Shown here in pieces: positions 52,975-64,000 of a stretch of 64,000 nt of DNA (its first letter is position 1; every line of letters begins with the position of its first letter). Source of the stretch: an uncultured Gammaproteobacteria bacterium (GTDB lineage: Bacteria; Pseudomonadota; Gammaproteobacteria; CAWCPV01); the NCBI GenBank assembly GCA_963797555.1, contig CAWCPV010000004.1, positions 576,001 through 640,000 of the forward strand. The letters are read 5' to 3'. Made by a program: the position numbers and the translations under genes. The notes beneath the pieces were generated by a model. It made no database searches. It was given only the letters and a program-made list of their open reading frames with translations, and was not told the DNA's origin.

Positions 52975-53186
52975 GAGCTTGCGCACAAATCGTCGCGGGC
53001 CGCCCGAGAATAAGACGTGCGGCGCACAGCGACGAGCCGTGTCCCATAGAAAGACGATGAGCGACCGAATGGCAGGACAGCCATTCGGCACGTCCGCGGG
53101 ACGCCCCGAAGGGGTGGCGTACAGGGAGGTACGCCATGACCACCGCGCTCGGTATCGGGACGCGCAACAGATCCGTCCACGAGCCC
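52975..53186 (-). mobile_element. Full-length MITE-like element (TGA/TTA flanks)
   Basis: 78-nt core 53064-53141 differs at one position from 45562-45639. Ends GAGCTTGCGCACAAATC and (reverse complement) GGGCTCGTGGACGGATC. Confidence 0.78.
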
Positions 53187-53216
53187 TTAGTCCGGGCACC
53201 ACGCGGTCGCCGAGCG

Positions 53217-53930
53217 ATGGCTGAGGACCGCAAGAAGCTGCCTGGCAATGCCTCCGACGCCGACGTCCGGGCCTTCCTGCGTCAGGTGGCGGAGACGCCC
53301 GCCCCCTGCGTCGGGGGTGCGCGTGGCCGCCTCATTTTCGCGATGGACGCGACGGCCAGCCGGGAGCCGGCCTGGGACCGGGCCTGCCACATCCAGGGCG
53401 AGATGTTCGCCCAGACCGCAGCTCTGGGTGGGCTCGACGTCCAGCTCGTCTACTATCGCGGCTTCCGCGAGTTCGGCGCCAGCGCCTGGCTGTCCAACAC
53501 GGAAGAGCTACTGCAGCGCATGACCTCCGTGTTCTGTCTGGGGGGCTATACGCAGATAGCCCGAGTGCTGCGTCATGCTCTCGCCGAGACCGCCGGGCGC
53601 AAGGTGAACGCCCTGGTGTTCGTGGGCGACTGCATGGAGGAGGACCGGGACGAGCTGTGTCAGCTCGCCGGCGAGCTGGGCCTGCTCGCGCTCCCTGCCT
53701 TCATCTTCCACGAGGGCGACGACGCCGCGGCCGGGCGGGCCTTCCGGGAGATCGCAAGACTGAGTGGCGGCGCGTACTGCCGCTTCGATGCCACGAGTGC
53801 CCGCCAACTGCGCGAGCTGCTGAGCGCCGTGGCCGTATACGCTGCCGGCGGGTGGCACGCCCTGGAAGGCTATGGCCAGCGCACCGGAGGCCTCGCCCTG
53901 CAAGTGACTCACCAGATCGCCAAGAGGTGA
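53217..53930 (+). CDS. VWA domain protein
   Basis: LIFAMDATASR (MIDAS DxTxS), GGYTQI, VFVGDCMEE. Confidence 0.85.
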   Translation: MAEDRKKLPGNASDADVRAFLRQVAETPAPCVGGARGRLIFAMDATASREPAWDRACHIQGEMFAQTAALGGLDVQLVYYRGFREFGASAWLSNTEELLQRMTSVFCLGGYTQIARVLRHALAETAGRKVNALVFVGDCMEEDRDELCQLAGELGLLALPAFIFHEGDDAAAGRAFREIARLSGGAYCRFDATSARQLRELLSAVAVYAAGGWHALEGYGQRTGGLALQVTHQIAKR

Positions 53931-53945
53931 GCTGGCCTGGCCCGC

Positions 53946-54650
53946 GTGTACCTCCTCCTGGCAGTCCTGCTCGCGGTGACCCTGGTTCTACTGCTGCGCT
54001 GGGTCGCCCGGGCGGAGCCGGCCCAGGTGGCCCGTGCGCTGCGCTGGCTGGCGGTGACCTTCGGGGCGGCGGGTGTGCTGCTGCTCGTGCTCAGTGGACG
54101 CCTGCAGGCGCTGGTCCTTTCTCTGGGTGCGCTGCTCCCCCTGCTGGGGCGGGTCGCCGCGACGTGGCAGCGTGCGCGCGCTGCGGCAGCAACGGCTCGG
54201 GGAAAGCGCTCGCAGGTCGAAACGCGTTGGCTGCGCATGTCGCTCGACCACTCTACCGGTGCCATGGACGGGGAAGTGTTGCAGGGCAGGTTCCGCGGTC
54301 GCGCCCTGGGATCACTCGGACTGGAGGATCTGCTGGACCTGCTGGCCGAGTGCCGCCACGACCGACAGTCCGCGGCGCTGGTTCAGGCATACCTGGACCG
54401 TGTGCACGGAGATGCCTGGCGTGGGAGGGCTGGAGCACACGCTGCCGGGGCACGCGCTCATGCCTCCGGTAAAGGGAAGATGAGCCAGGAGGAGGCGTAC
54501 GAAGTTCTCGGACTCAGCCCGGGAGCAGGCGTGGAGCAGATCCGAGAGGCCCACCGCCGGCTCATTCAGAGGCTGCATCCGGACCGGGGCGGGTCGTCCT
54601 ACCTGGCTGCCCGCATCAACGAGGCCAGGGATGTGCTGCTCGGCGCGTGA
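53946..54650 (+). CDS. Membrane-anchored DnaJ-domain protein (C-terminal J domain)
   Basis: N-terminal TM helices; EAYEVLGL...[29 protein letters not shown]. Confidence 0.9.
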   Translation: MYLLLAVLLAVTLVLLLRWVARAEPAQVARALRWLAVTFGAAGVLLLVLSGRLQALVLSLGALLPLLGRVAATWQRARAAAATARGKRSQVETRWLRMSLDHSTGAMDGEVLQGRFRGRALGSLGLEDLLDLLAECRHDRQSAALVQAYLDRVHGDAWRGRAGAHAAGARAHASGKGKMSQEEAYEVLGLSPGAGVEQIREAHRRLIQRLHPDRGGSSYLAARINEARDVLLGA

Positions 54651-54803
54651 GCCGTTCCGCTCCTCCGCGGCGCGTCGGGCTGTCTCGCGAACTCTGGTGG
54701 CGCGGGCAGGGAGGCTGTTCGACTTCGGCGATCACGCAGCCAGGGAGAAGAACGGGTCTGGACGGAAATCAGAGCAGCCCGGGTCGTTGCGGAGCGAGCG
54801 CGA

Positions 54804-55085
54804 TCACTGCGGAAGAAGTTTGGCTATGCGGAACTGCTCGGCCGCACCCTTGAGATCGCGAAGATCCTGCAGCAATAGGCCGTAGTCGAAGTGCAGCCAG
54901 CGATCGTCGGGGTTTCTGGCGAGCGCCCACCGGTACTCCGCAGCAGCTTGCTCGAAGGTCTCGATCGGGGCATCCGCCTCGCGCCGCAGATCGGAGACCC
55001 GCTGGGCGTGGTCGAGCTGGTTCGTGAACGGAGGGCTCTGCATTCTGTGGACTATCTCCTTGAGCATCCGGCGTCGGTCATGGCT
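54804..55085 (-). pseudogene. Orphan TPR-containing C-terminal gene fragment
   Basis: RMQSPPFTNQLDH...AAAEYRWALARNPDDRWLHFDYGLLL...GAAEQF fits a TPR pattern. No credible start. Confidence 0.55.
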
Positions 55086-55289
55086 GGTGATCGCAAGCTG
55101 GCGGTGTTCAGATGGAATTGCCACAGGTTGAGCGTGCTCCCGGCAAGCTCATCCGGCCTAGCCGTGTTAGGGTCCAACCGGCGGGCTGTCCCCGTACTAC
55201 TACCTGGCAGACTGGGTGCCGGCAATCCCTGCCGAACAGGCGGGCCGGAATGAGGTTTGTGGTCTGTCATCGCTATTTCCATACGATGC

Positions 55290-55748
55290 TCAAGCTTTCC
55301 CCGGGCGCCGTTGACCCAGAAAACGGTCCAATTCGTCAGCAAAGGCCTTGCGGTCTCTCGCGTTGAGTGGCGCGGGGCCGCCGGTGACTATGCCGCTGCC
55401 GCGTAGCTCGTCCACAAAATTCCGCAGGCTCAACCGCTCCCGGATATTGTCCTGCGTATAGAGTTCGCCTCTCGGGTTGAGCGCATGGCCGCCTTTCTCG
55501 ATGACGGCTGCAGCGAGAGGGATGTCGGCGGTGATGACCAGATCTCCGGTCTGCACTTCCTCGACGATGTGCTGGTCCGCCACATCGAAGCCCGACGAGA
55601 CCAGGATGGCTTTGATATAGCGCGACCGAGGCGTGCGCACAGGCTGATTGGCAACCAGCGCGAGGGAGATTCTTAGCCTTTCCGCGGCGCGAAAGAGGAT
55701 ATCTTTGATGACGCCGGGACACGCATCGGCGTCCACCCAAATTTGCAT
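55290..55748 (-). CDS. YaiI/YqxD family protein (UPF0178)
   Basis: [31 protein letters not shown]. Confidence 0.95.
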   Translation of the reverse strand: MQIWVDADACPGVIKDILFRAAERLRISLALVANQPVRTPRSRYIKAILVSSGFDVADQHIVEEVQTGDLVITADIPLAAAVIEKGGHALNPRGELYTQDNIRERLSLRNFVDELRGSGIVTGGPAPLNARDRKAFADELDRFLGQRRPGKA

Positions 55749-56142
55749 TCAGCTTGCTCCTGATTGAGCGTCAAGGTTTGCACGTCGCATTCCGGCAGCA
55801 GCTTGCGGCGGATGGTCTCTACGGCGCCGCCTTCGAACAGGACGTTGGGCCCTTGCAGCAGTTCCAGAGTTTCTGGCCTCGTCGACTCGCGCTCCCGTCG
55901 GAGTATACATCTCCACGGGCAGTGTGACCGCCGGGCGCAGCGCCTCGATGGCCTCGAACAGCCCTTCTGGTTTCCGTGATGGTGACTGGCATCGGGAGCT
56001 TGCAATTGACTACGACGGACGCTCGCCTAGTCTTGCCTCATCAAGGCAGAAGATTTGCGACACAACCGTAGGTCGCGTATGTTAAACGGTTCGTGAATCG
56101 CTTAGCTCAAGCTGAAAATGTGCCGAAGGCGCCGCACAATCT

Positions 56143-56180
56143 CCCTCGCCCGATTGCGGGAGAGGGCTAGGGGCGAGGGG
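56143..56180. repeat. REP-type palindrome in the hyp operon leader
   Basis: CCCTCGCCCG-attg-CGGGAGAGGG followed by ctaGGGGCGAGGGG. Confidence 0.65.
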
Positions 56181-56251
56181 GGCCGGTCATGGCGTGACAA
56201 CGGTTTTCATATCCCGGGGCGGCGAAACTCGCCATGAACGGTTAGTGGGCG

Positions 56252-56594
56252 ATGCACGAGATGTCGCTGTGCGAGAGCGTGGTGCAGATCGTGGAGGAGC
56301 ACGCCCGGACACACAAGTTCTCGCGGGTCAACAAGGTTCGGCTGGAGATTGGGGCGTTCGCCTGCGTCGAGCCGGAGGCGCTGCGGTTCTGTTTCGATGT
56401 GGTGACCCGGGGAACGCTGGCCGACGGTGCTCGGCTGGAGAATCCTCGACCTGTCCGGCCGCGCTTGGTGTAGTGTCTGTGATGCGGAGGTGGTGGTGCG
56501 CCAGCGCTTCGACTCCTGCCCGACCTGCGGGAACGAGTGGCTGTCCCCGGTCGGCGGCGACGACCTGAGGATCAAGGACCTGGAGGTAGAGTAA
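56252..56594 (+). CDS. hypA: Hydrogenase nickel metallochaperone HypA, frameshift near 56440
   Basis: MHEMSL N-terminus. CSVC and CPTC zinc motifs and [12 protein letters not shown] in the shifted frame. TAATG overlap with hypB. Confidence 0.93.
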
Positions 56595-57527
56595 TGTGTA
56601 CCACCTGTGGATGCGGCGAAGGCGAGGTCAAGATCGAAGGTCAGGACCCCCCACGCCCTCACCATCCTCATCACACCCACGGGCATGGCCATGACCACCC
56701 GCATCACCACGACCACGGGTCTGGCGAACTGCTGGATTTCGGCCGCGGGCCGGCGCATGCCCATGCCCCGGGCCTGACCCAGGCGCGCACGCTCCAGATC
56801 GAGCGGGACATCCTGTCGTTGAACAACGCCCACGCTGCGGACAACCGACGTTACTTCACAGAGCACGGTGTCTTCGTCGTCAACCTGGTGTCGAGCCCAG
56901 GGTCCGGGAAGACCACTTTATTGGCGCGGACCATCGAGCGCCTCAAGGCCCGGTTGCCCATGGCGGTGATCGAGGGTGACCAGCAGACGACCCGCGATGC
57001 CGACCGCATCCGGGCGATCGGCGTGCCGACCGTTCAGGTGAACACCGGCAAGGGTTGTCACCTGGACGCTCACATGGTCGGTCATGCGCTGGAGCATCTG
57101 GCTGTTGCGGACGACTCCGTGCTGTTCATCGAGAACGTGGGAAACCTGGTTTGCCCGGCGGCTTTCGACCTGGGAGAGGCCCACAAGGTGGTCGTGCTCT
57201 CGGTGACCGAGGGCGACGACAAGCCCCTCAAGTACCCCGATATGTTCCACGCTGCCGGGCTGATGGTGCTGAACAAGATCGATCTCCTGCCCTATGTCGA
57301 GTTCGACCCGCAGCAGTGCGTCCACTACGCCAGGCGGGTGCAGCCCGACATCCAGGTGATGGAGGTCTCGGCTACCCGCGGGGAGGGGATGGAATCCTGG
57401 TGTGCCTGGCTGGAGCGGGGCCGGAATGCAGTTGCCGAGCACCGCCGCAGCACCGTTCAGGCGTTGGGGCAGCGCAACACCGAGCTCGAGGCCGAGGTGG
57501 CGGCGCTGCGGGCCAGGCTGGGGGAAC

Positions 57528-57535
<8 letters not shown>
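56594..57535 (+). CDS. hypB: Hydrogenase nickel incorporation GTPase HypB
   Basis: MCTTCGC, His-rich linker, [28 protein letters not shown]. Confidence 0.97.
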
Positions 57536-59855
<2,320 letters not shown>

Positions 59856-59869
59856 GAGGTACCGAGGGA

Positions 59870-60118
59870 ATGTGTCTCGCCATACCGGGTAAGGTCGTGG
59901 AGATCGGCGACGGAATGCTGGCGACGGTGGATATCGGTGGCGTGCGCCGGGAGATCTCGCTGCTGCTGGTCGACGGCGTCGAGGTGGGCGACTACGTCAT
60001 CGTGCACGTGGGCTATGCCCTGAACCGTTTGGACCCCGAGGAGGCCGAGCAGACCTTGGAGCTGTTCCGCCAAGTGGCACGGGAGTCCGGTATTCCGTGG
60101 CCGCAGGCGGCCCAGTGA
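59870..60118 (+). CDS. hypC: Hydrogenase chaperone HypC
   Basis: MCLAIPG and VIVHVGYA. Confidence 0.97.
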   Translation: MCLAIPGKVVEIGDGMLATVDIGGVRREISLLLVDGVEVGDYVIVHVGYALNRLDPEEAEQTLELFRQVARESGIPWPQAAQ

Positions 60119-61251
60119 AGTACGTGGACGAGTTCCGTGACGGCCGGCTGGCGGGGGCCATCGCGGAGGCAATCGCCTTGGCGGCCGCCCCGGATCGCGA
60201 CTACCACCTGATGGAGTTCTGCGGGGGGCATACCCACGCCATCCACCGCCACGGCATCCAGGACCTGCTGCCGCCCAACATCCGCATGGTGCACGGGCCG
60301 GGGTGTCCGGTCTGCGTGCTGCCCATGTCGCGGATCGATAACGCCATCCAGCTCGCCCGAACCCCAAATGTCATCCTGTGCACATACGGGGACATGCTGC
60401 GCGTCCCAGGCTCCAACCACGCCAGCCTGTTCCGGGCCAGGGCGGAGGGTGCGGACGTGCGCATGGTGTACTCGGTCATGGACGCCCTGCGCATCGCCCA
60501 ACAGCGGCCGGAACGGGAAGTGGTGTTCTTTGCCATCGGCTTCGAGACGACCACGCCTCCTACGGCGGTGGCCGTCCTCCAAGCCGAATCCCTCGGACTG
60601 CGCAACTTCAGCGTGTTCTGCAACCATGTGCTCACGCCCTCGGCCATCCAGAACATTCTCAATTCCCCGGAGGTGCGGGAGCTAGGGCGGGTGCGCATCG
60701 ACGGCTTCATCGGCCCCGCTCATGTGAGCACGGTGATCGGGAGTCGCCCCTACGAATATTTCGCGGCCGAGTATCAGCGCCCGGTGGTGATTGCCGGCTT
60801 CGAGCCCCTGGACGTGATGCAGTCCATCCTGATGCTGGTTCGGCAGCTCAACGAGGGCCGCGCGGAGGTCGAGAACGAGTTCACCCGCGCGGTCACTCGC
60901 GACGGGAACCTGAAGGCACAGGCGCTGGTGGCCGAGGTGTTCGAGCTGCGGCGCGCCTTCGAGTGGCGCGGCCTCGGGATGGTGCCCTACAGCGCGCTGC
61001 GGATCAAGAAGCGCTACGCGGACATCGATGCCGAGCAGCGCTTCGAGCTGCCCAGCCTGCCCTGGGCGGACCACAAGTCCTGCCAGTGCGGGGCGGTGCT
61101 GCGCGGCATTACCCGGCCCCAGGAATGCAAGCTGTTCGGAAACGTGTGCACGCCCGAGACCCCGGTGGGGCCCTGCATGGTGTCCTCCGAGGGCGCCTGC
61201 GCCGCCCACTACACGTACGGGCGTTTCCGGGACCTTCGGCGGACCGCCTGA
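60115..61251 (+). CDS. hypD: Hydrogenase formation protein HypD
   Basis: MEFCGGHTH, GPGCPVC, GFETT, CMVSSEGAC. Confidence 0.97.
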   Translation: MKYVDEFRDGRLAGAIAEAIALAAAPDRDYHLMEFCGGHTHAIHRHGIQDLLPPNIRMVHGPGCPVCVLPMSRIDNAIQLARTPNVILCTYGDMLRVPGSNHASLFRARAEGADVRMVYSVMDALRIAQQRPEREVVFFAIGFETTTPPTAVAVLQAESLGLRNFSVFCNHVLTPSAIQNILNSPEVRELGRVRIDGFIGPAHVSTVIGSRPYEYFAAEYQRPVVIAGFEPLDVMQSILMLVRQLNEGRAEVENEFTRAVTRDGNLKAQALVAEVFELRRAFEWRGLGMVPYSALRIKKRYADIDAEQRFELPSLPWADHKSCQCGAVLRGITRPQECKLFGNVCTPETPVGPCMVSSEGACAAHYTYGRFRDLRRTA

Positions 61252-61256
61252 GCGTC

Positions 61257-62306
61257 ATGGCCGCTGCCAGGCGAGGCTACGTCCGGCCTTTGGACCTGAA
61301 GCAGGGGCGCGTCGAGATGGCCCACGGGAGCGGGGGCCGCGCCATGGCGCAGCTCATCGAGGAGCTGTTCGTGCGGTTCCTCGACAACGAATGGCTGCGG
61401 GCCATGAACGACCAAGCCGCCGTGCAGGTCCCGGCGGGCCGCCTGGTGGTCTCGACCGATGGCCACGTGGTCTCTCCACTATTCTTCCCCGGTGGGGACA
61501 TCGGCAGCCTGTCGGTGCACGGGACCATCAACGACGTGGCCATGAGCGGGGCGCAGCCACTCTATCTGACTGCCTCCTTCATCCTGGAGGAAGGTTTTCC
61601 CCTCGCCGACCTGGCGCGCGTCGTGCGTTCCATGGCCCGGGCCTCGACGGAGGCAGCGGTGCCCGTCGTGGCCGGGGATACCAAGGTGGTGGAGCAAGGC
61701 CACGGCGACGGCGTGTTCATCACCACCACCGGGTTGGGCGCGGTTTCGCCGGGCATCGAGATCGCCGCGGACCGTGCACGTCCCGGCGACTGCATCCTGG
61801 TGAGCGGCCCCCTCGGCGACCACGGCGTCGCCATCATGTCGTTGCGCGAGAACCTTTCCTTCGCCACCTCGGTGCAGTCGGACACGGCGCCGTTGCATGA
61901 CTTGGTGGCGGCGATGGTGCGGGCGGCACCCGACATCCATTGCATGCGCGATCCGACGCGCGGCGGCCTGGGGGCGGTCCTGAACGAGCTCGCCCAGCAG
62001 TCCGCTGTGGGGATGCTCGTCCAAGAGTCCCGTATTCCCGTCCGCGAAGAGGTGAGGGCGGCCTGTGAGTTCCTGGGGCTCGACCCTCTCTACGTCGCCT
62101 GCGAGGGAAGGCTGGTCGCCGTCTGTCCGGCGCGCTCGGCAGACCCCCTGCTGGCGGCCATGCGTGGTCACCGGCTGGGACGGGAGGCCGCCATCATCGG
62201 TGAGGTCCGGGAGGATCCTCACTGTTTCGTGGAGATGCAAACCTCCTTCGGCGGCAACCGCGTGGTGGACTGGCTGAGCGGCGAGCAACTGCCGCGCATT
62301 TGCTAG
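61257..62306 (+). CDS. hypE: Carbamoyl dehydratase HypE
   Basis: MAHGSGG, GTINDVAM, MRDPTRGG, C-terminal LPRIC. Confidence 0.97.
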   Translation: MAAARRGYVRPLDLKQGRVEMAHGSGGRAMAQLIEELFVRFLDNEWLRAMNDQAAVQVPAGRLVVSTDGHVVSPLFFPGGDIGSLSVHGTINDVAMSGAQPLYLTASFILEEGFPLADLARVVRSMARASTEAAVPVVAGDTKVVEQGHGDGVFITTTGLGAVSPGIEIAADRARPGDCILVSGPLGDHGVAIMSLRENLSFATSVQSDTAPLHDLVAAMVRAAPDIHCMRDPTRGGLGAVLNELAQQSAVGMLVQESRIPVREEVRAACEFLGLDPLYVACEGRLVAVCPARSADPLLAAMRGHRLGREAAIIGEVREDPHCFVEMQTSFGGNRVVDWLSGEQLPRIC

Positions 62307-62310
62307 GCCG

Positions 62311-64000
62311 GTGCGCATCCTGTTCCTCGCCCACAGCTTCAACAGCCTGACCCAGCGGCTATTCGTCGAGCTCACCTCCCGAGGCCACGAGATCTCGATC
62401 GAGCTCGACATCCACGATGCCGTGACCGAAGAGGCCGTGGATCTGTTCCGTCCCGACGTCATCCTCGCGCCTTACCTGCGGCGCAGGATTCCGGAATCGG
62501 TATGGCGCCGGAACCTGTGCCTGGTCATTCATCCGGGGATCCGGGGCGACCGGGGCCCCTCGGCCCTGGACTGGGCCATTATGAACCGGGAAACCGAATG
62601 GGGTGTGACCGTGCTCCAGGCCATCGCCGAGCTGGACGCCGGCCCCGTCTGGGCGGAGGCGGGGTTCCCCATGCGGCTCGCCCGCAAGAGCAGCCTGTAC
62701 CGGAACGAGGTGACCGAGGCGGCCGTCGCGGCTTGTCTTCAGGCGTTGGAACGGGTCGAGGGCGGAGTGTTCCGGCCGCAGCGCCCCGAGCACTCGGATT
62801 CCTCGGTGCGCGGCCGACAGCGCCCGGCGATGCGGCAGGTCGACCGCGCCATCGACTGGAGCGCCGACGACACCGAGACCGTTTTGCGCAAGATCCACGC
62901 GGCGGACGGGTCGCCCGGCGTGTTGGATGCATTGTTCGGGGAGGCTTTCTATCTCTACGACGCCTGGGCCGATGACGGCCTCACCGGGACGCCTGGCGAG
63001 GTAGTGGCGCGCAGGGACGGAGCTATCCTGCGGGCCACGGTCGACGGTGCTGTTTGGCTCGGAAGTCTGCGCAGCAAGCCCGCCGGCCAGCCGACCTTCA
63101 AGCTGCCCGCGACATCGGCGCTGGCCGGCAAGCTCGGCGCAGTGCCCGAGTGGCCCCTGGGCCTCGAGCCCGCCAGCCGCCGGACCTATCAGGAGATCCG
63201 CTATGAGGAGCGAGGTCCGGTCGGGTACTTGCACTTCGATTTTTACAACGGCGCCATGTCCACCGAGCAGTGCCGACGCCTCCTGCGGGCCTACGAGCAC
63301 GCACGAGCCCGGCCGACCCGCGTCATTGTGCTGTTCGGCGGACGGGACTTCTGGTCCAACGGCATGCACCTCAATGTCATCGAGGCTGCGGAGAGCCCCG
63401 CGGAAGAGTCCTGGAACAACATCAACGCCATCGACGACCTGGTGCGCGCGCTGATCACCACCGACCGCCATATCACCATCGCCGCTTTCCAGGGCAATGC
63501 CGGCGCGGGCGGCGCCTTTCTGCCGCTCGCCGCCGACCGCGTCTACGCTCGGGAAGGCGTGGTGGTCAACCCGCACTACAAGGGCATGGGAAATCTCTAT
63601 GGGTCGGAATACTGGACCTATCTGCTGCCGCGGCGCGTCGGGCGCGATCAGGCGCAGGCCATCACCGAGAGCCGGCTGCCTATCGGGGCTCGGGCCGCAC
63701 GTGAGTTGGGCTTCATCGACGACTGTTTCGGGAGCGACGCCGAGTCCTTTTTATCTCATGTACGAGATCTCGCCGATGGACTCGCCCGTTCGCCGGAGTT
63801 CGAGCGCCTTATACGAGAAAAGCGCGAGCGCCGCGCGCGGGACGAGCGCGAAAAGCCCCTGGAGGCTTACCGCAGGGAAGAGCTGGAACACATGAAGCTG
63901 AACTTCTACGGCTTCGATCCCAGCTATCACGTCGCCCGGTACAACTTCGTTTACAAGGTGCCGCACTCTTGGACGCCGCTGCACCTTGCGCGTCATCGGC
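62311..64000 (+). CDS. hypX: Hydrogenase maturation factor HypX/HoxX (formyltransferase plus crotonase domain), open at the window end and absent from the ORF track
   Basis: VRILFLAHSFNSLTQRL, HPGIRGDRGPSALDWAI, FYNGAMS, WSNGMHLN, NPHYKGMGNLYGSEYWTY. Start and end of the segment are in the same frame. Confidence 0.95.
   Translation, partial: MRILFLAHSFNSLTQRLFVELTSRGHEISIELDIHDAVTEEAVDLFRPDVILAPYLRRRIPESVWRRNLCLVIHPGIRGDRGPSALDWAIMNRETEWGVTVLQAIAELDAGPVWAEAGFPMRLARKSSLYRNEVTEAAVAACLQALERVEGGVFRPQRPEHSDSSVRGRQRPAMRQVDRAIDWSADDTETVLRKIHAADGSPGVLDALFGEAFYLYDAWADDGLTGTPGEVVARRDGAILRATVDGAVWLGSLRSKPAGQPTFKLPATSALAGKLGAVPEWPLGLEPASRRTYQEIRYEERGPVGYLHFDFYNGAMSTEQCRRLLRAYEHARARPTRVIVLFGGRDFWSNGMHLNVIEAAESPAEESWNNINAIDDLVRALITTDRHITIAAFQGNAGAGGAFLPLAADRVYAREGVVVNPHYKGMGNLYGSEYWTYLLPRRVGRDQAQAITESRLPIGARAARELGFIDDCFGSDAESFLSHVRDLADGLARSPEFERLIREKRERRARDEREKPLEAYRREELEHMKLNFYGFDPSYHVARYNFVYKVPHSWTPLHLARHR

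Noticed and set aside
56024-56115. FNR-like or palindromic sites upstream of hypA
   Set aside because: Only an ATCAA half-site and imperfect palindromes; no match to TTGAT-N4-ATCAA.
56430-56450. Programmed frameshift in hypA or other split genes
   Set aside because: No slippery heptamer seen, and the abundance of similar indels points to sequence error.

Overview
High-GC bacterial window, most consistent with a Gammaproteobacterium (yoaA-tsaB synteny, yggX, cpx-type locus, rlmJ). It is mostly housekeeping and accessory genes: an RND efflux pair, an M16 peptidase, Cu/cytochrome-oxidase assembly genes, cpxRA/cpxP with a clear CpxR box, c-type cytochromes, an Fe-S/redox cluster, and the hydrogenase maturation operon hypABFCDE plus hypX, which runs off the right end. 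Many genes, especially in the first 20 kb, carry single frameshifts that are probably sequencing or consensus errors. The main accessory element is an intact two-gene operon at 24963-34355 (minus strand). It encodes a 1158-aa protein of unknown function and a 1966-aa SF2 helicase with DUF1998 and a C-terminal PLD-like (DPY...HDR) domain, i.e. a Druantia type III-like candidate anti-phage system. Other notable items: a ~220-bp structured MITE-like repeat family with TNA flanks, a scrambled M20 amidohydrolase with two internally inverted segments, and a diguanylate cyclase with both a periplasmic c-heme motif and an NreB-like Cys motif. No tRNA, rRNA or CRISPR array was recognised. All family calls come from motif recognition, not database searches.
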